Below, piece after piece: positions 46,164-54,533 of a DNA stretch of 64,000 nt. A model generated the notes under the pieces. It saw nothing but the letters and a program-made list of their open reading frames with translations. It searched no databases and had not been told where the DNA came from. Origin of the DNA: Escherichia coli (GTDB taxonomy: Bacteria; Pseudomonadota; Gammaproteobacteria; Enterobacterales; Enterobacteriaceae); NCBI RefSeq assembly GCF_024700885.2, contig NZ_CP117016.1. One strand, given 5' to 3'. The position numbers and the translations under genes were made by a program. Every line of letters starts with the position of its first letter. Position 1 is the stretch's first letter.

Positions 46164-47360
46164 ATGTCCGTTTTCTCATTGAAGATTGATATCGCCGATA
46201 ACAAATTTTTCAACGGCGAAACATCACCGCTCTTTTCGCAAAGCCAGGCCAAACTGGCGCGCCAGTTCCACCAGAAAATTGCTGGTTATCGCCCAACACC
46301 GCTTTGTGCGCTGGACGATCTCGCAAACCTTTTTGGTGTGAAGAAAATTCTCGTCAAAGACGAATCAAAACGATTCGGTCTGAACGCCTTCAAAATGCTC
46401 GGCGGTGCGTACGCCATCGCTCAATTATTGTGTGAAAAATATCATCTTGATATCGAAACGCTGTCATTTGAGCATCTGAAAAATGCCATCGGCGAAAAAA
46501 TGACCTTCGCGACCACCACCGACGGCAACCACGGGCGCGGTGTGGCATGGGCAGCACAGCAACTCGGACAGAATGCGGTGATTTACATGCCGAAAGGTTC
46601 TGCTCAGGAACGCGTTGACGCCATTCTGAACCTCGGTGCCGAGTGCATCGTCACGGATATGAACTATGACGATACCGTTCGCCTGACCATGCAACACGCG
46701 CAGCAGCACGGCTGGGAAGTGGTGCAAGATACCGCCTGGGAAGGTTACACCAAAATCCCAACCTGGATCATGCAGGGCTATGCAACACTGGCAGATGAAG
46801 CCGTCGAGCAAATGCGTGAAATGGGCGTAACCCCGACGCACGTTCTGCTGCAAGCTGGTGTCGGTGCAATGGCCGGTGGTGTGCTGGGTTATCTGGTCGA
46901 CGTCTATAGCCCGCAAAATCTGCACAGCATTATTGTTGAACCTGACAAAGCTGACTGTATTTATCGCTCCGGCGTCAAAGGCGACATCGTCAACGTTGGC
47001 GGTGATATGGCCACCATCATGGCGGGCCTGGCCTGCGGCGAACCTAACCCGCTGGGCTGGGAAATCCTACGTAACTGCGCCACCCAATTCATCTCCTGCC
47101 AGGACAGTGTTGCCGCATTAGGTATGCGTGTGCTGGGTAATCCGTACGGCAATGACCCGCGCATCATCTCCGGTGAATCCGGCGCTGTCGGTTTGGGCGT
47201 TCTCGCAGCGGTTCATTATCACCCGCAACGTCAAAGCCTGATGGAAAAACTGGCGCTGAACAAAGATGCCGTAGTGCTGGTTATCAGCACTGAAGGCGAC
47301 ACAGACGTGAAGCACTACCGCGAAGTTGTCTGGGAAGGCAAACACGCTGTAGCACCTTAA
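46164..47360 (+). CDS. ygeX: PLP-dependent 2,3-diaminopropionate ammonia-lyase
   Basis: 398-aa fold-type II PLP enzyme ORF. Confidence 0.9.
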   Translation: MSVFSLKIDIADNKFFNGETSPLFSQSQAKLARQFHQKIAGYRPTPLCALDDLANLFGVKKILVKDESKRFGLNAFKMLGGAYAIAQLLCEKYHLDIETLSFEHLKNAIGEKMTFATTTDGNHGRGVAWAAQQLGQNAVIYMPKGSAQERVDAILNLGAECIVTDMNYDDTVRLTMQHAQQHGWEVVQDTAWEGYTKIPTWIMQGYATLADEAVEQMREMGVTPTHVLLQAGVGAMAGGVLGYLVDVYSPQNLHSIIVEPDKADCIYRSGVKGDIVNVGGDMATIMAGLACGEPNPLGWEILRNCATQFISCQDSVAALGMRVLGNPYGNDPRIISGESGAVGLGVLAAVHYHPQRQSLMEKLALNKDAVVLVISTEGDTDVKHYREVVWEGKHAVAP

Positions 47361-47417
47361 TCACCCTATTGGAACTGCTCCCTGCAAAACGGGGAGTAAA
47401 AAATCTGGAGAAAAATA

Positions 47418-48629
47418 ATGGCTAAGAATATTCCATTCAAACTGATTCTTGAAAAAGCAAAAGATTACCAGGCGGACATGACTCGCTTCCTGCGCGACAT
47501 GGTTGCTATTCCCAGTGAAAGCTGCGACGAAAAACGCGTAGTACATCGTATTAAAGAAGAGATGGAAAAAGTCGGCTTCGATAAAGTTGAAATCGACCCG
47601 ATGGGCAACGTTCTCGGTTATATCGGCCACGGCCCGCGTCTGGTGGCAATGGACGCTCATATTGATACCGTCGGCATTGGCAACATCAAAAACTGGGACT
47701 TCGATCCGTACGAAGGCATGGAAACTGATGAGCTGATCGGTGGTCGCGGTACTTCCGACCAGGAAGGCGGCATGGCATCTATGGTTTATGCCGGTAAAAT
47801 CATTAAAGACCTCGGTCTGGAAGATGAATATACCCTGCTGGTTACCGGTACTGTGCAGGAAGAAGACTGCGACGGTCTGTGCTGGCAGTACATTATTGAA
47901 CAATCCGGCATTCGCCCGGAATTTGTGGTCAGTACCGAACCAACCGACTGCCAGGTATACCGTGGTCAGCGCGGTCGTATGGAAATTCGTATTGATGTTC
48001 AGGGTGTTAGCTGCCACGGTTCTGCGCCAGAACGCGGTGACAACGCCATTTTCAAAATGGGTCCGATTCTTGGCGAATTACAAGAACTCTCCCAACGTCT
48101 GGGTTATGACGAATTCCTCGGCAAAGGCACCCTCACCGTTTCTGAAATCTTCTTCACATCCCCAAGCCGTTGCGCTGTAGCAGATAGCTGCGCCGTCTCT
48201 ATTGACCGCCGTCTGACCTGGGGCGAAACCTGGGAAGGCGCGCTGGACGAAATCCGCGCCCTGCCTGCAGTACAGAAAGCTAACGCGGTTGTTTCTATGT
48301 ACAACTACGACCGTCCGTCCTGGACTGGCCTGGTTTACCCAACCGAATGCTACTTCCCGACCTGGAAAGTGGAAGAAGATCACTTCACCGTTAAAGCACT
48401 GGTGAATGCCTACGAAGGTCTGTTTGGCAAAGCGCCGGTTGTTGATAAGTGGACCTTCTCAACTAACGGCGTATCTATCATGGGCCGTCACGGCATTCCG
48501 GTGATCGGCTTTGGCCCAGGTAAAGAACCTGAAGCGCATGCACCTAACGAAAAAACCTGGAAATCTCACCTGGTGACCTGTGCCGCGATGTACGCGGCAA
48601 TCCCGTTAAGCTGGCTGGCAACCGAATAA
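47418..48629 (+). CDS. ygeY: M20-family peptidase / deacylase
   Basis: 403-aa ORF of the ArgE/DapE/M20 family. Confidence 0.9.
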
Positions 48630-48646
48630 TTACTCTTCACTTATTC

Positions 48647-48671
48647 CCCTCCGGTTCGCCGGAGGGTTTTT
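48647..48671 (+). terminator. Intrinsic terminator / attenuator between ygeY and hyuA
   Basis: Stem CCCTCCGG / CCGGAGGG with UUCG tetraloop followed by T5 (48667-48671), 11 nt before the hyuA ATG. Confidence 0.6.
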
Positions 48672-48681
48672 GGAGTTTGCT

Positions 48682-50067
48682 ATGCGCGTATTGATCAAAA
48701 ACGGCACTGTCGTTAACGCAGATGGACAAGCCAAACAGGATTTGCTGATTGAAAGCGGGATTGTTCGCCAGTTGGGCAACAATATTTCGCCACAGCTCCC
48801 GTATGAAGAAATTGATGCCACTGGCTGTTACGTTTTCCCTGGCGGCGTGGATGTCCATACGCATTTCAATATTGATGTCGGCATCGCGCGCAGTTGTGAT
48901 GATTTTTTTACCGGTACCCGCGCAGCTGCGTGTGGCGGTACAACAACCATTATTGACCATATGGGATTTGGCCCGAATGGCTGCCGGTTACGCCATCAAC
49001 TGGAGGTTTATCGTGGTTATGCCGCCCATAAGGCGGTCATCGACTACAGCTTTCACGGTGTGATCCAGCACATTAATCACGCCATCCTCGACGAAATTCC
49101 GATGATGGTCGAAGAAGGACTGAGCAGTTTTAAACTCTATTTAACCTATCAATACAAACTCAACGATGACGAAGTTTTGCAGGCGTTACGCCGCTTGCAT
49201 GAGTCCGGCGCGCTGACCACCGTGCACCCGGAAAATGATGCAGCTATCGCCAGCAAGCGGGCGGAGTTTATTGCCGCAGGGTTAACCGCGCCGCGCTATC
49301 ACGCCTTGAGTCGCCCTCTGGAATGCGAAGCGGAAGCCATCGCCCGCATGATTAACCTGGCACAAATTGCCGGTAACGCCCCGCTCTATATCGTGCACCT
49401 GTCTAACGGCTTAGGTCTGGATTATCTGCGTCTTGCCCGTGCGAATCACCAGCCAGTCTGGGTTGAAACCTGCCCACAATATCTCCTGTTGGACGAACGC
49501 AGTTACGATACAGAAGATGGCATGAAGTTCATTCTTAGCCCACCGCTGCGTAACGTACGCGAGCAGGACAAACTGTGGTGTGGCATCAGCGATGGTGCGA
49601 TTGACGTGGTAGCGACCGATCACTGCACATTCTCGATGGCTCAACGCCTGCAAATTTCTAAAGGCGATTTCAGTCGCTGCCCAAATGGCTTACCCGGTGT
49701 GGAAAACCGCATGCAGTTACTGTTTTCCAGTGGCGTTATGACGGGACGTATAACACCGGAACGTTTTGTTGAATTAACCAGCGCGATGCCCGCCAGGCTG
49801 TTTGGCCTGTGGCCGCAAAAAGGATTATTAGCGCCCGGTTCCGATGGCGACGTGGTGATTATCGACCCACGTCAGAGTCAACAAATTCAGCATCGCCATC
49901 TCCACGACAACGCCGACTACTCGCCATGGGAGGGTTTTACCTGTCAGGGCGCGATTGTCAGAACTTTATCCCGTGGTGAAACGATTTTCTGTGACGGCAC
50001 TTTTACAGGCAAAGCCGGGCGAGGTCGTTTCCTGCGACGCAAACCGTTTGTCCCTCCCGTGCTCTAA
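48682..50067 (+). CDS. hyuA: D-hydantoinase / dihydropyrimidinase-family amidohydrolase
   Basis: ORF track frame opens at 48670 (TTG); ATG at 48682 with GGAG RBS; metal-binding DVHTHF motif. Confidence 0.9.
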   Translation: MRVLIKNGTVVNADGQAKQDLLIESGIVRQLGNNISPQLPYEEIDATGCYVFPGGVDVHTHFNIDVGIARSCDDFFTGTRAAACGGTTTIIDHMGFGPNGCRLRHQLEVYRGYAAHKAVIDYSFHGVIQHINHAILDEIPMMVEEGLSSFKLYLTYQYKLNDDEVLQALRRLHESGALTTVHPENDAAIASKRAEFIAAGLTAPRYHALSRPLECEAEAIARMINLAQIAGNAPLYIVHLSNGLGLDYLRLARANHQPVWVETCPQYLLLDERSYDTEDGMKFILSPPLRNVREQDKLWCGISDGAIDVVATDHCTFSMAQRLQISKGDFSRCPNGLPGVENRMQLLFSSGVMTGRITPERFVELTSAMPARLFGLWPQKGLLAPGSDGDVVIIDPRQSQQIQHRHLHDNADYSPWEGFTCQGAIVRTLSRGETIFCDGTFTGKAGRGRFLRRKPFVPPVL

Positions 50068-50114
50068 CCACTGCCAAGGATCTATACACAATCAAGAATG
50101 ATGAGTGAGGAAAA

Positions 50115-51047
50115 ATGAGTAAGAAAATTGTTCTCGCCCTGGGCGGGAATGCGCTGGGCGACGATCTGGCCGGGCAAATGAAAGCGGTAAAAATTACTTC
50201 TCAGGCAATTGTTGATTTAATTGCCCAGGGACATGAGGTCATCGTCACTCACGGTAACGGGCCACAGGTGGGCATGATTAACCAGGCCTTTGAAGCTGCC
50301 GCAAAAACTGAAGCGCACTCGCCAATGCTGCCGATGTCTGTCTGTGTTGCCTTAAGCCAGGGTTATATTGGTTACGATCTACAAAACGCATTAAGAGAAG
50401 AACTGCTTTCTCGTGGCATTAATAAACCTGTAGCAACGCTGGTTACCCAGGTCGAAGTCGATGCTAACGACCCGGCATTCCTCAACCCGACCAAACCGAT
50501 CGGTTCGTTCTTTACCGAGCAAGAAGCAGAGCAACTGACAAAACAGGGTTACACTCTGAAAGAAGATGCTGGTCGCGGCTATCGCCGTGTTGTTGCCTCG
50601 CCAAAACCGGTTGATATCATTGAAAAAGAAACGGTTAAAGCGTTGGTAGATGCAGGCCAGGTGGTGATCACCGTTGGCGGTGGTGGTATCCCTGTTATTC
50701 GTGAAGGTAACCACCTGCGTGGTGCCAGTGCGGTTATCGATAAAGACTGGGCCAGCGCCCGTTTAGCAGAAATGATTGATGCCGATATGCTGATCATTCT
50801 GACTGCGGTAGAAAAAGTGGCCATTAACTTCGGTAAAGAGAATGAACAGTGGCTCGATCGCCTGTCATTAAGTGATGCTGAACGCTTTATCGAAGAAGGT
50901 CATTTTGCGAAAGGTTCTATGCTGCCTAAAGTGGAAGCTGCCGCCTCGTTTGCTCGCTCTCGCGCAGGTCGTGAAGCACTGATTACCGTATTGAGCAAAG
51001 CGAAAGAAGGGATTGAAGGCAAAACCGGAACGGTGATTTGTCAGTAA
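50115..51047 (+). CDS. yqeA: Carbamate kinase-like protein
   Basis: 310-aa amino-acid kinase family ORF (MSKKIVLALGGNAL). Confidence 0.9.
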   Translation: MSKKIVLALGGNALGDDLAGQMKAVKITSQAIVDLIAQGHEVIVTHGNGPQVGMINQAFEAAAKTEAHSPMLPMSVCVALSQGYIGYDLQNALREELLSRGINKPVATLVTQVEVDANDPAFLNPTKPIGSFFTEQEAEQLTKQGYTLKEDAGRGYRRVVASPKPVDIIEKETVKALVDAGQVVITVGGGGIPVIREGNHLRGASAVIDKDWASARLAEMIDADMLIILTAVEKVAINFGKENEQWLDRLSLSDAERFIEEGHFAKGSMLPKVEAAASFARSRAGREALITVLSKAKEGIEGKTGTVICQ

Positions 51048-51087
51048 TTAAAAGGCCGGGTGGGTAATACCATCCGGCCATTTTCAT

Positions 51088-52713
51088 TTAAGCCACTTCC
51101 AGCACTTCTTTTGTCGCTTTCACGCCCTGATGCATCAACATCATTAACGCCTCAAGTACGCCGCCGCCAATTGCCCGGGCTTTATCAGAAACGCTGGTGA
51201 AATCAGCCGTTTCACCACGAGGATCGATATCACCAATTTTAAAACCACCGACCACTGCTAGTCCGTCGTTCAACAAGCCACGCACCATCCCCGTCAACGG
51301 TGCTTTAATTTCATGCTCACCAATCCAGGCAATCACATCGCCCTCTTTCACCAGATCGCCTAATTTCACGTTGGATCGCATAATGCCTGCAGCAGGAGCA
51401 CGGATCACCCGTCGGGTGGTATGCCCCATAATATTGCTAGGAACACCGGTATTCTCCTGCGCACAACCAGAGTAAATCACCTGACCGAGCCAGTGCCCGC
51501 GATTTGTTTCAATTACCGCATGACAATCCTTCCCTGCAATAAAGCCCGGCCCAAGCGCGATTGTTACTGGTGCCATATCTGCCCGCGTCCCCAAATTCTG
51601 TTTCGCCAGAATAGCGTCCACCACGCAAAGCGGTTTCAGTTCATCAAGCAATGAACAGGCGGGATCTACCATCACAGGGATGAATCCGCGTTCGGTAAGT
51701 TTCATCGCTTCCGCAGAGCTGGTTGCCAGGCGGGCAGTGACGCCTTCGACCGTCATTTCGCCATCGAACACGGCCTGGGCAAACGCCACGGTACAACGAA
51801 TCACTGTCGGTTTTTCCACTTCCAGCATGATCACTTTAAAACCCGCATGATACAGACGTAGCGCCACACCACTGGCGATATCCCCCGCACCGCGAATCAC
51901 CACCAGCTGGTGTCCGGAAGGATGAGAAGGTTTCATCATCAGCCCACCCGGCGCGTTATTTTTCACCTGTAATATTTCTGCCAGCACGCTGATGGCGATC
52001 TCCTGCGGCGTTTCCGCACCTATGTTGTAACCAACGGGCGCATGTAAACGGGCAATATGTTCTTCAGCCACGCCTTTCTCACGCAATTGACGCAGGAAAA
52101 GCTGAACCTTGCGGCGACTTGCCAGCAACCCCAGCCATGCAATGGGCTGTTCAATGAGTTTGTCGAGGGCTTCACGATCCTGATTATTCGTGGCAATCAG
52201 GACAAAATTATCAGGGCGAATATCCAGTGCTTCCACTGCCGCACCAAACGACTCAGCATGGAGAAGCGTGGTTGATGGTGGGAATAATTCAGGATTGAGG
52301 CTTTCGCGATAAATATCGGCAACGGCAATATCAAATCCTAATAGCGCCGCACTCTGGGCTATCGCCCGGTTGACATGCCCCGCGCCAATCAACACCAGAC
52401 GTGGACGCATACCATGGACGCTGATAAATACGGACATTGCACCTCCACAATCTGACCCGACAGCATCCGCACCGTTACGAGCCATACGTCCATGGAATAA
52501 TCGCGGCTTACGTTCCTGCAATGCCTGAAGCGACTCTTCAATCACCTTCCGCTCAACCATTCCGCCACCAATTGTACCGACGATAGAGCCATCGGCGCGC
52601 ACTAACATTTGTGCAGAATGGCGGGGAGTCGAGCCTCGGCTATCAACAATTTGCGCCATCGCAAACGGACAATTTTGCTCTTCGAGTTTTGCAGCCTCTG
52701 TGAAAATATTCAT
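51088..52713 (-). CDS. yqeB: XdhC/CoxI-family molybdoenzyme maturation protein
   Basis: 541-aa ORF with Rossmann-like GxGxxG segments (LIGAGHV, IRGAGDIASG). Confidence 0.85.
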   Translation of the reverse strand: MNIFTEAAKLEEQNCPFAMAQIVDSRGSTPRHSAQMLVRADGSIVGTIGGGMVERKVIEESLQALQERKPRLFHGRMARNGADAVGSDCGGAMSVFISVHGMRPRLVLIGAGHVNRAIAQSAALLGFDIAVADIYRESLNPELFPPSTTLLHAESFGAAVEALDIRPDNFVLIATNNQDREALDKLIEQPIAWLGLLASRRKVQLFLRQLREKGVAEEHIARLHAPVGYNIGAETPQEIAISVLAEILQVKNNAPGGLMMKPSHPSGHQLVVIRGAGDIASGVALRLYHAGFKVIMLEVEKPTVIRCTVAFAQAVFDGEMTVEGVTARLATSSAEAMKLTERGFIPVMVDPACSLLDELKPLCVVDAILAKQNLGTRADMAPVTIALGPGFIAGKDCHAVIETNRGHWLGQVIYSGCAQENTGVPSNIMGHTTRRVIRAPAAGIMRSNVKLGDLVKEGDVIAWIGEHEIKAPLTGMVRGLLNDGLAVVGGFKIGDIDPRGETADFTSVSDKARAIGGGVLEALMMLMHQGVKATKEVLEVA

Positions 52714-52760
52714 ACCAACCTCAATGGATATCCTTTCAGTAACCCGGAATACCCGGGCCG

Positions 52761-53531
52761 CTAATTCACAAATCTGCGCGCGATTGCAGGATGTTCTTGT
52801 ATATCGCCCAGCCAGATTGCCTCTACGTCGTGTTGTTGCAGCGGTTGAAGGAGCTCGCTTTGTGCAATCGCATTCTCACATTGAGAAAAACGGTTAATGA
52901 ACCAGACTCGCCGACAACCTTGCGGTACGTTTTTAAATGCGCCCTGAGGGTGGCGAACCAGCGCAACGAGATCGCTCAGTTGCAAGGTTGCATCAGGTGT
53001 TAACCCGGTAATATCAGCAAACTGCGACCAGCGATGGACATTTTCTGTGCTCACTTTCGCGCCCAAAATATGTCCTCCCATCACAGCAATCACGCAGCAA
53101 CTGCTTTTGGGTATGCAAGGTTCGTGCTCATCAGGCGCTTTTAACGTCATTCCACGCGAGCCATCTGCCTCAATGAGAATTACGTCACACTCTGGTCGTT
53201 GCACCAGTGCATCAATCGCTTCTGGCGTAAATCCCTGCACTTTTCCCTGGTTCGCTTTCCAGCTGTGAAAACAAAATGAAATGGGGGATGTAAGAGACGC
53301 ATGAGGAAGCATGGCGGGATCACGACAGAAAACCACGGGCCAGTGAGACGTTGGCATAAACATATGTGTCGTCGTAGTGATTAACACACGCCTGCCGCTA
53401 GCCTGGAGCAGTTCTGCCAGCCAAAAAAGCAAGCTGGTTTTCCCCCCAGCCCCAACAACAGAAATCACAGTGGGACGTTTCTGCGCGCCTAAATCAATGA
53501 ATAATGCCGATGGGTCAACTATACTTTTCAC
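52761..53531 (-). CDS. yqeC: P-loop NTPase-like accessory protein (selenium-dependent molybdenum hydroxylase marker)
   Basis: 256-aa ORF with Walker A VVGAGGKTS. Confidence 0.85.
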   Translation of the reverse strand: MKSIVDPSALFIDLGAQKRPTVISVVGAGGKTSLLFWLAELLQASGRRVLITTTTHMFMPTSHWPVVFCRDPAMLPHASLTSPISFCFHSWKANQGKVQGFTPEAIDALVQRPECDVILIEADGSRGMTLKAPDEHEPCIPKSSCCVIAVMGGHILGAKVSTENVHRWSQFADITGLTPDATLQLSDLVALVRHPQGAFKNVPQGCRRVWFINRFSQCENAIAQSELLQPLQQHDVEAIWLGDIQEHPAIARRFVN

Positions 53532-53633
53532 GAGTCTTTATGACCTCTCTGGGATAAATTATCCCCAACTTAATCCATCAGGAAGTAACGCAATTATCAG
53601 GCGTTATTAGCCCCTATAAATAATGGAACCACT

Positions 53634-54212
53634 ATGTCAGCCATCGACTGTATAATTACCGCTGCCGGATTATCATCAAGAATGGGGCAATGGAAAATGA
53701 TGTTACCCTGGCAACAGGGAACAATTCTTGATACAAGTATCAAAAATGCGTTGCAGTTTTGTAGCCGAATTATTTTAGTCACCGGCTATCGTGGTAATGA
53801 ACTGCACGAGCGTTATGCGAACCAGAGCAATATCACTATTATCCACAACCCAGATTATGCGCAGGGTTTACTAACATCAGTAAAGGCCGCAGTACCCGCG
53901 GTAAAAACAGAATATTGTTTTCTCACCCACGGTGACATGCCTACCCTCACCATCGATATTTTTAGAAAAATCTGGTCGTTACGAAATGATGGCGCAATAC
54001 TGCCACTCCATAATGGCATTCCCGGCCATCCGATTTTAGTGTCAAAGCCATGCCTGATGCAGGCAATCCAGCGTCCCAATATCACCAATATGCGTCAGGC
54101 ACTCCTTATGGGAGATCATTATTCCGTCGAAATAGAAAATGCAGAAATAATTTTAGATATTGATACTCCGGACGACTTTATTACAGCGCAAAAAAGGTAT
54201 ACTAAAATTTAG
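53634..54212 (+). CDS. mocA: Molybdenum cofactor cytidylyltransferase (MobA-like NTP transferase)
   Basis: 192-aa ORF MSAIDCIITAAGLSSRMG (nucleotidyltransferase G-rich loop). Confidence 0.85.
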   Translation: MSAIDCIITAAGLSSRMGQWKMMLPWQQGTILDTSIKNALQFCSRIILVTGYRGNELHERYANQSNITIIHNPDYAQGLLTSVKAAVPAVKTEYCFLTHGDMPTLTIDIFRKIWSLRNDGAILPLHNGIPGHPILVSKPCLMQAIQRPNITNMRQALLMGDHYSVEIENAEIILDIDTPDDFITAQKRYTKI

Positions 54213-54436
54213 AAAATGTAGTTAAACGATTGCGTTCAAATATTTAATCCCTCCAGCACTCTTTATCATAATGATAAGGAATCACTGATTTTGAGAAAAG
54301 AGAAAAAGTGATAAATGGGCTGGCAATAATAATTTTCAGGAGTGATTTTAATTCTCATTTGGCACCTGTGAGTTCATTCACAAAAAGCTCCTAAGTTTCG
54401 AGCCGCCTCACATTTTTTTATATTTCCCGCCAAACC

Positions 54437-54451
54437 TGGCAAGAGTGGTGC
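54437..54451 (+). promoter_or_regulatory. Candidate sigma54 promoter upstream of ygfK
   Basis: TGGCAAG-AGTG-GTGC with GG-N10-GC spacing, about 85 nt upstream of the ygfK ATG; perfect palindrome TTATCA-TAA-TGATAA at 54263-54277. Confidence 0.3.
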
Positions 54452-54533
54452 GATTGTTGCTCTATCCCCCTAAACCACCGGATTTCTCAACACCGGTCAC
54501 TCAATGATATCTGTATAAGCTAAGGAGAGGGTT

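Noticed and set aside
54263-54277. TTATCATAATGATAA interpreted as a Fur box
   Set aside because: Only the first half (ATAATGATAA) matches the Fur consensus; the 3' half does not. Kept as an alternative under the regulatory finding rather than called as Fur.
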